Assembly (NCBI GenBank): GCA_050950145.1
Contig: JBMNHB010000001.1
Location: 140,266 to 204,265, forward strand
Length of the DNA: 64,000 bases
Reading direction: 5' to 3'
Source: Candidatus Dojkabacteria bacterium
Lineage (GTDB): Bacteria; Patescibacteriota; Dojkabacteria; SC72
This document shows positions 1 to 10,119 of this stretch, piece by piece. How positions within the stretch are numbered: position 1 is the first letter of the stretch; every line of letters begins with the position of its first letter. The notes below the pieces were generated by a model that worked only from the letters and a program-made list of their open reading frames with translations, was not told the DNA's origin and searched no databases. The translations under genes and the position numbers were made by a program.

Positions 1-114
1 GCTAAAGATAAGTGGGGTAACCTTGTTGGTACCAGAACAAGAAAGAACAGAAGAACTGAGAAGTTTATTATTAAAACTAGAAGAACTAAAACAAGACCGT
101 TTGCTAAGAAATAA
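1..114 (+). CDS. rplB: 50S ribosomal protein L2, C-terminal end (partial)
   Basis: Frame 1 reads AKDKWGNLVGTRTRKNRRTEKFIIKTRR...stop, like the L2 C-terminus; lies directly before rpsS. Confidence 0.9.
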   Translation, partial: AKDKWGNLVGTRTRKNRRTEKFIIKTRRTKTRPFAKK

Positions 115-131
115 TTTATATATAACAAAAT

Positions 132-449
132 ATGTCTAGATCGCTTAAAAAAGGACCATACACAGATGAAAAATTAATGAAGAAAGTAGCCAAAGCTAAG
201 GAGACAGGAAGCATGGCACCTATTAAAACATGGGCAAGATCTTCTACTATTACTCCAGAAATGGTTGGTATGAAATTCTTAGTGCATAATGGTAAAAAAC
301 ATGAAGAAGTATTGGTAGTTGAATCAATGATAGGTCATAGATTAGGAGAATTTGTAATGACAAGGAAGTTTAGAGGTCATGCAAAGAAAGGTAAATTATC
401 TAAAGTCTACGGAAGTAGCGGTAGATTTGAAGAATCTAAATCAGAATAA
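132..449 (+). CDS. rpsS: 30S ribosomal protein S19
   Basis: [30 protein letters not shown] motifs. Confidence 0.98.
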   Translation: MSRSLKKGPYTDEKLMKKVAKAKETGSMAPIKTWARSSTITPEMVGMKFLVHNGKKHEEVLVVESMIGHRLGEFVMTRKFRGHAKKGKLSKVYGSSGRFEESKSE

Positions 450-454
450 AAACT

Positions 455-796
455 ATGGAAGACAAAATTGTAACAGTAAAAGTTAAAGATATAGCAGAAT
501 CACCACTCAAATTAAGATTGGTTGTGGATGTAGTAAGAGGAAAAAGTGCTGCAGAAGCATTAGAAATGCTTGAGTTGGTAAATAAAAAGGGTGCAGCTAT
601 AGTTAAAAAAGCCATAATGTCAGGAGTTGCAAATGCAAGAGAGAAATATGGTGTAGATAAAGATGCATTAGTAATTAGTAAAATATCTGTAGATGAAGCA
701 AAAATACTAAAAAGAACAAGATTTGAATCAAGAGGTAGGGTCTCAAGGATAGATAAAAGGAGATCACATATTAATTTAGAATTAACAGTCAAGTAA
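455..796 (+). CDS. rplV: 50S ribosomal protein L22
   Basis: SPLKLRLVVDVVRGK, RGR..RIDKRRSHI; operon position. Confidence 0.97.
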   Translation: MEDKIVTVKVKDIAESPLKLRLVVDVVRGKSAAEALEMLELVNKKGAAIVKKAIMSGVANAREKYGVDKDALVISKISVDEAKILKRTRFESRGRVSRIDKRRSHINLELTVK

Positions 797-797
797 G

Positions 798-1448
798 ATG
801 GGAAGAAAAGTACATCCAAAAGCTATAAGAATTGGAATAAACAAAGAATGGGATTCAAGATGGTATGCACATAAGACAGATTTTCCTAAAACTCTGTCAC
901 AGGATTTAAAGATAAAAGAGAAGATCAACGAATCTATGAAAGATGCTGGTATAGATAGAATAAGAATTAAGAGGTCTGTTGGTAAATTGGAGATTCTCGT
1001 ATATGTAGCAAGACCAGGTGTTGCAATAGGAAGAGGTGGAGAAGGAATTGATCTTTTACAGAAAGAATTAAAGAGGATGACTAAAACAGAAGTAGATCTT
1101 AAGATTAGAGAGGTTAGAAAAGCTGATCTTTCAGCAAGAGTTGTAGCAAAAACAATAGCTGATGGAATTGAAAGAAGACAACCTTCTAAATTACTAGTAG
1201 CAAGTGCAATAGAAAAGATTATGGCGGCAGGAGCAAAAGGTACAAAGATTTGGGTGTCTGGGAGAATTAATAATGCAAGTCAGGCAAGAACAGTTAAAGC
1301 AGGAGCAGGTTCTGTACCAGCACAAACTTTTAGGGCAAATGTAGACTATGCAAGTATTGCTGCAGAAACACAAGATGCTGGATTAATGGGTATTAAAGTT
1401 TGGATTTACAAAGACGAACAAGATAATATTGATGAAACTGAAGAATAA
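798..1448 (+). CDS. rpsC: 30S ribosomal protein S3
   Basis: MGRKVHP..RIGI, ARPGVAIGRGG KH motif, GIKVWI. Confidence 0.98.
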   Translation: MGRKVHPKAIRIGINKEWDSRWYAHKTDFPKTLSQDLKIKEKINESMKDAGIDRIRIKRSVGKLEILVYVARPGVAIGRGGEGIDLLQKELKRMTKTEVDLKIREVRKADLSARVVAKTIADGIERRQPSKLLVASAIEKIMAAGAKGTKIWVSGRINNASQARTVKAGAGSVPAQTFRANVDYASIAAETQDAGLMGIKVWIYKDEQDNIDETEE

Positions 1449-1465
1449 TATTTTAAAATAAAGAT

Positions 1466-1879
1466 ATGTTACAGCCAAGGAAAAGAAAACATGCAAAAGA
1501 ATTTAGAGGAAAGATGAAAGGAGTTGCTACTGTTAACAACGAAGTAACCTTTGGTGAATACGGATTAAAGGCAATGGAACAGGGTTGGATTAATGCAAGA
1601 GAAATAGAGGCAGCAAGAAGAGCTGTTGCAGGATATACGAAGAGGAAGGGAAAAGTATGGATAAAAGTCTTTCCTCATAAACCATATACGCAAAGGTCTA
1701 TAAATAGTAAAATGCAGGGGGGAAAAGGTACTGTAGAGGGATATGTAGCAGTAGTATTACCTGGAACAATTCTATTAGAAATTGGTGGTGTTGATGAACA
1801 GACAGCAAAAGAAGCGATGAGATTAGCAGGACACAAGTTTTCTGTAAAATCTAAATTTGTGGCTAAAAGAGAGATATAA
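1466..1879 (+). CDS. rplP: 50S ribosomal protein L16
   Basis: MLQPRKRKH, FGEYGLKA, IEAARRA, MQGGKG. Confidence 0.98.
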   Translation: MLQPRKRKHAKEFRGKMKGVATVNNEVTFGEYGLKAMEQGWINAREIEAARRAVAGYTKRKGKVWIKVFPHKPYTQRSINSKMQGGKGTVEGYVAVVLPGTILLEIGGVDEQTAKEAMRLAGHKFSVKSKFVAKREI

Positions 1880-1927
1880 CTTGAGAATAGCGTGAATAAT
1901 TGATAAAATACAAACCGGAATTTAAAA

Positions 1928-2194
1928 ATGAAGAAAAATAAAGAAGAAAAAACAAAAATTGAAAGTAAAAAGAGAGAAATAGAGGGAGTTGTTGTTAGTA
2001 ACAGCATGGAGAAGACTGTAAAAGTTAGAGTAGATACCCTTGAAAGTCACCCTATTTACAAGAAAAGAGTTAAGAGGAAAAAGGTTTACTTTGCTCATAC
2101 AGAAGAAGAACTTGAAGTAGGAGATAAAGTAGTAATTAGAGAGAGCAGACCATACTCTAAGAAAATAAGATGGGTTGTTCTTAAGAAAGTATAG
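1928..2194 (+). CDS. rpsQ: 30S ribosomal protein S17
   Basis: [31 protein letters not shown]. Confidence 0.97.
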   Translation: MKKNKEEKTKIESKKREIEGVVVSNSMEKTVKVRVDTLESHPIYKKRVKRKKVYFAHTEEELEVGDKVVIRESRPYSKKIRWVVLKKV

Positions 2195-2196
2195 TT

Positions 2197-2568
2197 ATGA
2201 TACAGAAAGAATCAATAGTAAAAGTAGCAGATAATAGTGGTGCAAGAGAAGCAAAAGTGGTTTCTATACCAGGTGCTTCTAAAGTAAGATACGCAAAAAT
2301 AGGGGATATTGTTGTTGTTTCTATTCAGAAAACAATACCAAATACAGGAGTAAAAGATCATGAACTATACAAAGCTGTTGTAGTAAGAACAAAGAAAGAA
2401 TTAAGAAGAAAAGATGGAACATATGTAAGATTTGATGACAATGCAGTTGTTTTAGTAGATCCAAAGAACAAGACACCAAAAGGAACAAGAATCTTTGGGC
2501 CTGTAGCAAGAGAATTAAGAGAAGGTGGTTTTGATAAAATATTATCTTTAGCACCAGAAGTACTTTAA
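2197..2568 (+). CDS. rplN: 50S ribosomal protein L14
   Basis: [35 protein letters not shown]. Confidence 0.99.
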   Translation: MIQKESIVKVADNSGAREAKVVSIPGASKVRYAKIGDIVVVSIQKTIPNTGVKDHELYKAVVVRTKKELRRKDGTYVRFDDNAVVLVDPKNKTPKGTRIFGPVARELREGGFDKILSLAPEVL

Positions 2569-2580
2569 AGAAATATAACT

Positions 2581-2985
2581 ATGAAGATTAAAAAAGGAGA
2601 CACAGTAAAAATATTATACGGAAAAGAGACAGGAAAACAGGGTACTGTAGTTGCTGTAAGTCCTAAGAAAAACAGTGTAATTGTTGAAGGCTTAAACCTT
2701 TACAAAAGACATTTAAAAGGAGATGGTCAAACAAGGCAATCTGAAATTTTGACAATTGAAAAACCATTTGAGTTGTCAAAAGTTATGTTAGTTTGTCCTA
2801 ACTGTAATAAACCAACAAGAGTAGGTATTAAAAGAGTTGATGGAAAGCCTGTTAGAGTATGTAAGAAATGTAATAAGGATATTGTTGAAAAAGAAAAGAC
2901 AACAGTTACAAAGAAGAAAGTAGAAAAGAAAGAAGTTAAGAAAACAACTAAAACAAAAACAGTTAAGAAAGAAAGTAAAAAGTAA
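2581..2985 (+). CDS. rplX: 50S ribosomal protein L24 with Lys-rich tail
   Basis: KIKKGDTV KOW motif, VEGLN, CPNC..PTRVG. Confidence 0.97.
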   Translation: MKIKKGDTVKILYGKETGKQGTVVAVSPKKNSVIVEGLNLYKRHLKGDGQTRQSEILTIEKPFELSKVMLVCPNCNKPTRVGIKRVDGKPVRVCKKCNKDIVEKEKTTVTKKKVEKKEVKKTTKTKTVKKESKK

Positions 2986-2987
2986 AT

Positions 2988-3542
2988 ATGAACAGATTAC
3001 AAGAAGAATACAATAAAAGAATAAGTAAGGAATTAATGAAAGAACAAAACTATGGTAATGTCATGGAAGTTCCTACTTTGAAAAAGATTGTTGTAAATAT
3101 TGGAGCTGGAGAAACAGTAGAGAACAAAGGAGCAATGGATGAAATAGTAGAAATGCTTACGAAGATAACAGGACAAAAACCGGTTATTAACAAAGCAAAG
3201 AAAGCAGTATCAGCATTTAAGATAAGGCAAGGAATGGATATTGGAGCATCAGTCACATTAAGAGGAGATAGAATGTGGCAGTTTTTTGACAAATTGGTAA
3301 ATATTGTTTTACCAAGAACAAAAGACTTCAGAGGATTAAGTCCAAAATCTTTTGATGGAGCAGGGAACTATTCTTTAGGGATAGAAGATCACACTGTATT
3401 TGTTGAGATAGATCCTAACAATGTCACAAAGATAAGAAGTCTTGAAGTTACAATTGTAACTACAGCAAAAGATGACGAGGGTGGTAAAGCTCTTTTAGAT
3501 AAATTTGGATTCCCATTCACTAAGAATGTCAACCGCAGCTAA
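2988..3542 (+). CDS. rplE: 50S ribosomal protein L5
   Basis: [36 protein letters not shown]. Confidence 0.98.
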   Translation: MNRLQEEYNKRISKELMKEQNYGNVMEVPTLKKIVVNIGAGETVENKGAMDEIVEMLTKITGQKPVINKAKKAVSAFKIRQGMDIGASVTLRGDRMWQFFDKLVNIVLPRTKDFRGLSPKSFDGAGNYSLGIEDHTVFVEIDPNNVTKIRSLEVTIVTTAKDDEGGKALLDKFGFPFTKNVNRS

Positions 3543-3720
3543 AGAATACAAAGCAAAAAAACTAAAGAAAAGCTCAAAGTATAGTACCAGAGTGTATAAC
3601 AGATGTGCACAATGTGGAAGGGCAAGAGGTTACATTAGACATTATGGATTATGTAGAATCTGTTTTAAACAATTAGCGAGTCAGGGGAAAATCCCTGGTG
3701 TTAAAAAATCTATTTGGTAA
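3526..3720 (+). CDS. rpsN: 30S ribosomal protein S14 (zinc-binding type Z)
   Basis: [29 protein letters not shown]; ATG at 3526 chosen. Confidence 0.97.
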   Translation: MSTAAKEYKAKKLKKSSKYSTRVYNRCAQCGRARGYIRHYGLCRICFKQLASQGKIPGVKKSIW

Positions 3721-3736
3721 TTTAATAAATAAAAAA

Positions 3737-4120
3737 ATGAACGACTTAATAGCAGATATGCTAACAAGAATACAAAATGGAATAATGAGGAAGAAAGAGA
3801 GTGTCTCTGTTATAAACACTAATATTAATAGAGAAATACTTTCTGTTCTCAAAAAAGAGGAAATGATAGATGATTTTGAAGTTAGTGAAGACAACAGAAC
3901 AGTAGAAGTTAAGATTGCTTACAATGATAAAGAACCAGTTATTACAAAACTACAAAAAGTAAGCAAACCAGGACAGAGAATCTATGTTTCTAAGAAAGAA
4001 ATAAAACCGGTAATGAACGGAAGAGGTATCTCTATAATCAGTACCTCAAAAGGAGTTATGTCAGGTGCGGTTGCCAAGAGCCAAGATCTTGGAGGTGAAT
4101 TTATATGTAAAATTTGGTAG
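3737..4120 (+). CDS. rpsH: 30S ribosomal protein S8
   Basis: DLIADMLTRIQNG, SKPGQRIY, STSKGVM, GGEFIC; ATG at 3737. Confidence 0.97.
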   Translation: MNDLIADMLTRIQNGIMRKKESVSVINTNINREILSVLKKEEMIDDFEVSEDNRTVEVKIAYNDKEPVITKLQKVSKPGQRIYVSKKEIKPVMNGRGISIISTSKGVMSGAVAKSQDLGGEFICKIW

Positions 4121-4122
4121 TT

Positions 4123-4665
4123 ATGTCTAGAATAGGACAAGAAACAATCAAAATTGAAGAAGGGGTTGAAGTATCATTGAATGGATCAGAGGTACATATT
4201 AAAGGTCCTCTTGGAGAAATGACAATCAATTTACCAGGAGACCTTGAGATAAAAATGGAGGGAGGAGAGATAACATTGAAAAGAAAAAATGAGACAAAAC
4301 AAGCAAAATCAAATCATGGTACTTACAGAATGCTAATTAACAATGCAGTTTATGGTGTTAAGAATGGATACTCTAAAAATTTAGAGTTGGTAGGAGTAGG
4401 TTACAGAGCAAGAATGGAGGGTGGAGATTTAGTTATGAGTCTTGGTTGGAATCATCCAATTAAGATGGTAGCTCCAGAAGGAGTTCAAGTTGAAGTACCT
4501 GAAGAAACAAAGATAACTGTAAAAGGATATGATAAACAGAAAGTTGGAGAATTTGCAGCAAAGATTAGAGAAGTTAGAAAACCAGAACCTTACAAAGGAA
4601 AAGGTGTAAGATATGAAGGTGAGTATGTAAGAAGAAAGAGTTCTAAAGCAAGTGTAGCAGCTTAA
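4123..4665 (+). CDS. rplF: 50S ribosomal protein L6
   Basis: MSRIG, LVGVGYRA, RKPEPYKGKGVRY. Confidence 0.98.
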   Translation: MSRIGQETIKIEEGVEVSLNGSEVHIKGPLGEMTINLPGDLEIKMEGGEITLKRKNETKQAKSNHGTYRMLINNAVYGVKNGYSKNLELVGVGYRARMEGGDLVMSLGWNHPIKMVAPEGVQVEVPEETKITVKGYDKQKVGEFAAKIREVRKPEPYKGKGVRYEGEYVRRKSSKASVAA

Positions 4666-4689
4666 AATATATAGATAATTATTAAAGAA

Positions 4690-5016
4690 ATGGCAATTAA
4701 AACTAAAAACGAAAGAAGAATAAGAAGAAAAAAGCATATAAGGAAGACTCTTCATGGGACTTCTGAAAAGCCAAGAGTATTTGTATTTAAGAGCAACAGA
4801 TACTTCTATGCTGGTATTGCTAATGATGATAAAAACATCGTTATTAAATCTATGATGTCAAAAGGAAATGAAAAAGATATATTAGTAATGGCAAAGAAGT
4901 TTGCAACATTAGCTAAGAAGTACGAATCATTAGTTTTTGATAGAAGTGGATATAAATATCATGGATTAATAAAATCTTTTGTTGAAGAATTAAGAAAAGA
5001 AGGAGTTAATATTTAG
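4690..5016 (+). CDS. rplR: 50S ribosomal protein L18 (short, divergent)
   Basis: GTSEKPRV.VFKSN, VFDRSGYKYHG. Confidence 0.93.
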   Translation: MAIKTKNERRIRRKKHIRKTLHGTSEKPRVFVFKSNRYFYAGIANDDKNIVIKSMMSKGNEKDILVMAKKFATLAKKYESLVFDRSGYKYHGLIKSFVEELRKEGVNI

Positions 5017-5026
5017 AAAGTAAAAA

Positions 5027-5719
5027 ATGGACGAAAAGAAATTTAGAAAATCTAGAGGAGAAAAGAAAGTATTTGAGAAGAAAACTCTTCCAGTAAGAAG
5101 GGTTGCTAAGGTTACCAAAGGAGGGAAGAAGTTAAGATTTAGTACAGTAGTTGTTGTAGGTGATAGAAATGGAACAGTTGGAGTTGCTCTTGGAAGGGGA
5201 GCAGATGTAAGGACAGCAGTAGCACAAGGAGAGAGGTTAGCAACAAAGGTAGCAACAAGGATAGAATTAGCTGGAGACACTATTCCTCATGAAGTTATTC
5301 ACAAATTTGGTGCTTCTAAAGTACTTTTAAGGCCGGCAAGACCAGGTACTGGAGTAATTGCAGGATCTTCTGTAAGAACAGTATTAGAATTAGCAGGTGT
5401 AGATAATGTATACGGAAAGATTTTAGGTAGTTCTGATGCAAATGGTAATGCATATTGTACATTTGAAGCGCTAAAAATATTGAGAAATGCAAGAGTATTG
5501 TCAAGAATGACAAAAATGCAAGAAAGAATTGCTTTAAAGGCAGAAACAGAAAAGGAAAGAAGAGCTAAAGAAGAAAAAAGAAGGAAGAAAGAGATGGCGA
5601 AAAAGAAAGCTGATAAAAAGAGTAAATTTGCAAAGAAAGATAGAAAGAAACCTGTTAAAAAAGAGGTTAAGAAAGAGGAAACTAAAAAAGCAGAAGATAA
5701 AGTAAGTAAAGAAAAGTAA
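5027..5719 (+). CDS. rpsE: 30S ribosomal protein S5 with charged C-terminal extension
   Basis: RVAKVTKGGK, TIPHEV, PARPGTGVIAG. Confidence 0.97.
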   Translation: MDEKKFRKSRGEKKVFEKKTLPVRRVAKVTKGGKKLRFSTVVVVGDRNGTVGVALGRGADVRTAVAQGERLATKVATRIELAGDTIPHEVIHKFGASKVLLRPARPGTGVIAGSSVRTVLELAGVDNVYGKILGSSDANGNAYCTFEALKILRNARVLSRMTKMQERIALKAETEKERRAKEEKRRKKEMAKKKADKKSKFAKKDRKKPVKKEVKKEETKKAEDKVSKEK

Positions 5720-6162
5720 TGAAACTAGAGAATATACCAAAAAGAAAAAATAGAATAATGGCAGGAAAGAGAAAAGGAAGAGGGTATGGATCTGGTGTTG
5801 GTGGTCATACAATTGGAAGAGGTACAAAAGGTCAAACATCTAGAGCTGGACATAAATCTATGCAGTTCTTTGAAGGTGGTAATGTACCATTCTTTAGAAG
5901 AATGCCTAAATACAAAGGTTTTAATCAGAAATTTAAAGTAGAAGCTCAGGCTATTAATTTAGAGACTCTAGAGAAAGAATTCAAAGATGATGATGTTGTA
6001 AATATGGAAACTCTGCTTAAAAAAGGAATTGCTAAAAAGAATTCAAAAGCAGTAAAGATCCTAGGTAAGGGTGATATTAAAAAGAAACTTACAATAGAAG
6101 GTATTGAAACATCACAATCTGCACTTGCAAAAATAGAAAAAGCTGGTGGTTCTATAAAATAA
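5719..6162 (+). CDS. rplO: 50S ribosomal protein L15
   Basis: GRGYGSG, GRGTKGQTSR, FEGG..P, KILGKG. Confidence 0.97.
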   Translation: MKLENIPKRKNRIMAGKRKGRGYGSGVGGHTIGRGTKGQTSRAGHKSMQFFEGGNVPFFRRMPKYKGFNQKFKVEAQAINLETLEKEFKDDDVVNMETLLKKGIAKKNSKAVKILGKGDIKKKLTIEGIETSQSALAKIEKAGGSIK

Positions 6163-6175
6163 CCTCCTAAATACA

Positions 6176-7441
6176 ATGAAAAAATTGATTGAGAGACTCA
6201 AGCAAATTTTTAAAACAAAAGAAATTAGAGATAAAATAATCTTCTCTTTATTAATCTTAGTCATTTTTAGACTACTTTCCTCAGTTCCGGTAGCAGGTAT
6301 CCCTGCAGATGCTATTAAAAGTCTTTTTGAGGGAACAAGTATGGGAGATGTTCTTTCTGCAGTATCAGGTGGTGTTTTAGAAACAGCATCTATTGTTGCG
6401 ATTGGTCTAACTCCGTATATTAATGCCTCTATTATCTTCCAACTATTAGGTACAGTTATCCCAGCACTAGATGAAACAAGAAAAGAAGGTGCTGATGGAA
6501 GAAGGAAAATATCTATGTATACAAGACTTCTTACTGTACCACTAGCTGTATTACAATCTTTTGTTATTTACTCAACTTTGTTAGGTTTTGGATTAATTAC
6601 TAAATTAGGACCGTTAGAATTAGCAACAATGGTAGCAACATTTACTGCAGGTTCCGTAATGATGATGTGGTTTGGTGAATTAATATCCGAAAGTGGTCTT
6701 GGTGGTGGTACATCTTATCTAATTATGTTGGGTATTTTAGCTGGTATTCCTGGAACTGTAAGATCTAACTTTGTAATGATGGATGGATTACAGAAAGCCT
6801 TGTTCATCGCTATCTCGCTAATAATGATTATTGCCGTAGTTGTTGTTACAACAGCAGAAAGAAGGGTCAAAGTACAATACTCAAGAAGAGTTAGGACAGG
6901 AGGAGCATTAGAAAGTTATGTTCCTATTAAACTAACTCAATCAGGAGTTATGCCAGTAATTTTTGCAATGGCATTTCTTTCTTTTCCACAATTAGTAGGA
7001 AAATTCCTTGTTAGTAAGAATTTTAACCCAACTGTTACAGATATCGCTCAAAAAGTAATGGATTTTCTAAATAATCCATATGCTAAAGATATACTAACCT
7101 TTGTTTTAGTTATTGCGTTCTCATTCTTCTATCTATCTGTTGTATTCAAAACAGATGAATTAGCAGAGAATTTACAAAAACAAGGAGCTTTCATTCAAGG
7201 TATTAGACCTGGAGAACAGACATCTCGATATTTGCAAAAGATTAGTCTTAGACTTGCTGGTGTTGGTGCAATCTTTTTAGCATTACTCTCAATCCTTCCT
7301 GATATATTTGTAAGAATAGGATTAGTAAGTGGTGCAGTATTCTCTGGTACGGGACTCTTAATTGTAATAGGTGTGATTCTTGAGATTAAAAGGCAGGTGG
7401 AATCTATGATTACAACAAGGAGTTATGATAAATACCTTTAA
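6176..7441 (+). CDS. secY: preprotein translocase subunit SecY
   Basis: ~10 TM segments, GLTPYINASII, GVMPVIFA, IQGIRPG. Confidence 0.97.
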   Translation: MKKLIERLKQIFKTKEIRDKIIFSLLILVIFRLLSSVPVAGIPADAIKSLFEGTSMGDVLSAVSGGVLETASIVAIGLTPYINASIIFQLLGTVIPALDETRKEGADGRRKISMYTRLLTVPLAVLQSFVIYSTLLGFGLITKLGPLELATMVATFTAGSVMMMWFGELISESGLGGGTSYLIMLGILAGIPGTVRSNFVMMDGLQKALFIAISLIMIIAVVVVTTAERRVKVQYSRRVRTGGALESYVPIKLTQSGVMPVIFAMAFLSFPQLVGKFLVSKNFNPTVTDIAQKVMDFLNNPYAKDILTFVLVIAFSFFYLSVVFKTDELAENLQKQGAFIQGIRPGEQTSRYLQKISLRLAGVGAIFLALLSILPDIFVRIGLVSGAVFSGTGLLIVIGVILEIKRQVESMITTRSYDKYL

Positions 7442-7478
7442 TAGAAGGTGCTAATATAATCTTTGTTTAATAACATAT

Positions 7479-8153
7479 ATGAAAAACATCTTAAATAAAC
7501 CAGCAACAATCCTTTTTCATGGACCATCTGGTTGTGGAAAGGATACCCAGGTAGATCTTCTTGTTCAAAAATATGGTTTTGAGAATATAGGTACAGGTGA
7601 GATGATTAGGAAAATGTATGATGCAAAGGATGAAGATGCTGTAATTGCCACCGAAGAATATACATCTAAAGGACTATTTGTTCCTAACGATATCATATAT
7701 AACAGAATGTTTCCCAAGTGGCTTAATAGATTTGATTCTAAAAAGAATTGGGCTTTTGTTTCCGTAGTAAGGGATGTGGGACAAGTTGAACTTTTTGATG
7801 AATTACTTAAATCTAAAGGAAGAGAACTAGATCTTTTCATACATTTTACCCTTTCTGCTGAAACAGCGATAGAAAGAATGTCTGTTCGTACATATTGTCC
7901 TAGTTGTGGCATGACATTCCACCCCAAGTTTAAGAAAGAGAAGGTACAAGGAATTTGTGATAAGTGTAATACGAAATTGATTCAAAGAGATGATGACAAA
8001 CCAGAGAAAATTAGAAAGAGAATAGAAGAATACAATAGAACTATTAGTCCGATATTGGAAAAATATAGAGAAAGAGAGATCTTAGTTGAAGTAGATGCAG
8101 CACCAAGTATTGAAGATATTCACAAGGAAATACTTAGGATATTAGATTTGTAG
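7479..8153 (+). CDS. adk: adenylate/NMP kinase with Zn LID
   Basis: P-loop GPSGCGKDTQ, CPSC..CDKC LID, QRDDD; position after secY. Confidence 0.88.
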   Translation: MKNILNKPATILFHGPSGCGKDTQVDLLVQKYGFENIGTGEMIRKMYDAKDEDAVIATEEYTSKGLFVPNDIIYNRMFPKWLNRFDSKKNWAFVSVVRDVGQVELFDELLKSKGRELDLFIHFTLSAETAIERMSVRTYCPSCGMTFHPKFKKEKVQGICDKCNTKLIQRDDDKPEKIRKRIEEYNRTISPILEKYREREILVEVDAAPSIEDIHKEILRILDL

Positions 8154-8159
8154 AGAGAT

Positions 8160-8792
8160 ATGAAAACTAATTTTGTTTTTGAACACTCTACTCCAGAAGA
8201 GTCAGCGAAGAAAAAACCTGCAATCTTTTTATTCCACGGATATGGAAGTGATGAGAGAGATTTATTATCACTTGTAGAAGATTTTAAAGAGACACATCAT
8301 ATTTTTAGTTTAAGAGGTCCAATTACCGTTTTTCCAGGATATGCATTTTGGAATTTTGAAGAAAATGGTCAGCCTGTAAGTGCCGAATTTGATGAGGTGT
8401 TGAAATCTGCACAGGTTTTCATCAATGAGGCAATTCAAGAATATAACTTAGACACTAAAAACATTGTATTGTTCGGCTTTAGTCAGGGAGCAATGTTAGC
8501 ACAAAGTTTAGCATTGATTATGGGGGAGAGTATAAGTAAGGTTGTTGCACTTAGTGGTTATGTACCAGATTTTGTAAAAGAAGATAGATATACTAAAAAG
8601 TCTGTTAAACATCTTAAGATTTTTATATCTCATGGTATTGATGATATGGTTGTGCCTTATCAGTGGGGAGAAGAGAGTAGTGAATATCTTAAATCACTTC
8701 GAGCAAAAGTTACTTTTAAATCATATGTTAGTGGACATTTTGTAACACCTGAGAATGGAAAAGATTTAGTAGAGTTTATAAAAGAAGAATGA
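8160..8792 (+). CDS. phospholipase/carboxylesterase (alpha/beta hydrolase)
   Basis: HGYGS, GFSQG nucleophile elbow, HGIDD, GH. Confidence 0.9.
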   Translation: MKTNFVFEHSTPEESAKKKPAIFLFHGYGSDERDLLSLVEDFKETHHIFSLRGPITVFPGYAFWNFEENGQPVSAEFDEVLKSAQVFINEAIQEYNLDTKNIVLFGFSQGAMLAQSLALIMGESISKVVALSGYVPDFVKEDRYTKKSVKHLKIFISHGIDDMVVPYQWGEESSEYLKSLRAKVTFKSYVSGHFVTPENGKDLVEFIKEE

Positions 8793-8882
8793 TGAAAGTG
8801 CTTGTAAAAATGTCTTTTTTTTGCTATCCTTACCTTGTCTATTTCAAAGGCATCTAACATAGTAATATTTATATTATTTATG

Positions 8883-8911
8883 TTGATTTACTAGTCTTCC
8901 TTTGGTATAAT
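8883..8911 (+). promoter_or_regulatory. sigma70-type promoter for the infA/alpha operon
   Basis: TTGATT-N17-TATAAT with extended TG. Confidence 0.55.
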
Positions 8912-8947
8912 TCCAAAGATTCCACTAGTGTGGATTATTGACTAACT

Positions 8948-9181
8948 ATGAATGATAGTAAAAAAGTTTTTGAATTTGATGGAGTAGTGAAAGAGAGTTT
9001 ACCAAATACTCAATTCATTGTTGAGATTGAGGTAAATGGATCTAAACACGAAGTTATTGGATATCTCTCTGGCAAGATGAGAATGCATTACATTCGTATT
9101 CTTGAAGGAGATAAGGTAAAGATAGAGATGACTCCATATGATAAAGAGAGGGGTCGAATAATTTATAGATATATGGATTAA
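8948..9181 (+). CDS. infA: translation initiation factor IF-1
   Basis: [32 protein letters not shown]. Confidence 0.98.
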   Translation: MNDSKKVFEFDGVVKESLPNTQFIVEIEVNGSKHEVIGYLSGKMRMHYIRILEGDKVKIEMTPYDKERGRIIYRYMD

Positions 9182-9182
9182 A

Positions 9183-9299
9183 ATGAAAGTAAGAGCTTCT
9201 GTAAAAAAGAGATGTTCAGAATGTTACACTGTTAAAAGAAAAAACAGGGTATATGTCTATTGTAGAAAGAATCCTAAACATAAACAGAGGCAGGGTTAA
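9183..9299 (+). CDS. rpmJ: 50S ribosomal protein L36 (not in ORF track)
   Basis: [38 protein letters not shown]. Confidence 0.97.
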   Translation: MKVRASVKKRCSECYTVKRKNRVYVYCRKNPKHKQRQG

Positions 9300-9322
9300 T
9301 TATTAATTTATTTAATTAAAAA

Positions 9323-9706
9323 ATGGCAAGAGTCGCAGGAATTGAAATACCAAATGATAAGAGATTATGGGTCTCTTTGATGAGTATATATGGAATTGGA
9401 GAAGTAAGTGCAAAGAAGATTTGTGAAGGAGCTAATATAGATCCAGTAGTATTTGTAAAAGATCTTTCAGAAACAGAGTTGGACAGGGTTAGAAAATATA
9501 TTGAAGAAAACTTTAGTGTTGAAGGTGAATTAAGACAAGAGAGATTTAGAGATATCAAAAGGTTAAAAGATATCAGAACATACAGAGGAATTAGACATAA
9601 ATTAGGTCTTCCAGTAAGAGGTCAAAGGACTAGACACAATGCTAGAACTAGAAAAGGTAGAAGTAGACCTGTTGGAGGATTAAAGAGAACATTAGATAAA
9701 ACTTAG
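9323..9706 (+). CDS. rpsM: 30S ribosomal protein S13
   Basis: MARVAG, IYGIG, YRGIRH..GLPVRGQRT. Confidence 0.98.
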   Translation: MARVAGIEIPNDKRLWVSLMSIYGIGEVSAKKICEGANIDPVVFVKDLSETELDRVRKYIEENFSVEGELRQERFRDIKRLKDIRTYRGIRHKLGLPVRGQRTRHNARTRKGRSRPVGGLKRTLDKT

Positions 9707-9712
9707 TACAAA

Positions 9713-10102
9713 ATGGCAGAAGTTAAGAAAACTAAAAAATCTACAAAAGGGAATGTTCAGAGTGGAGTTGCCACTATTTTAGCAACATTTAATAATACGA
9801 TTATTACGTTATCAGATGAGAATGGAGAAACTTTAGGACAAGGAAGTCCATCAATGGTTGGTTTTAAGGGAGCAAAAAGAAGCACAGCTTATGCAGCTAC
9901 AAAAGCAGCTATGGATGTAGCAGAAAGGGTTATCAAAAAATATGGATTAAAAGAAGTTAAGGTTATAGTTAAAGGACCAGGAGCAGGAAGAAATGCAGCT
10001 GTTAAGGGTTTAGATTCTGCAGGACTTAGGATAACAATGTTAATGGATAAGACACCTATTCCACATAATGGATGTAGACCAAAGAAAACACCTAGAAAAT
10101 AA
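9713..10102 (+). CDS. rpsK: 30S ribosomal protein S11
   Basis: ATFNNTIIT, GPGAGR, DKTPIPHNGCRP. Confidence 0.98.
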   Translation: MAEVKKTKKSTKGNVQSGVATILATFNNTIITLSDENGETLGQGSPSMVGFKGAKRSTAYAATKAAMDVAERVIKKYGLKEVKVIVKGPGAGRNAAVKGLDSAGLRITMLMDKTPIPHNGCRPKKTPRK

Positions 10103-10119
10103 TTTGTATTTATATATAA

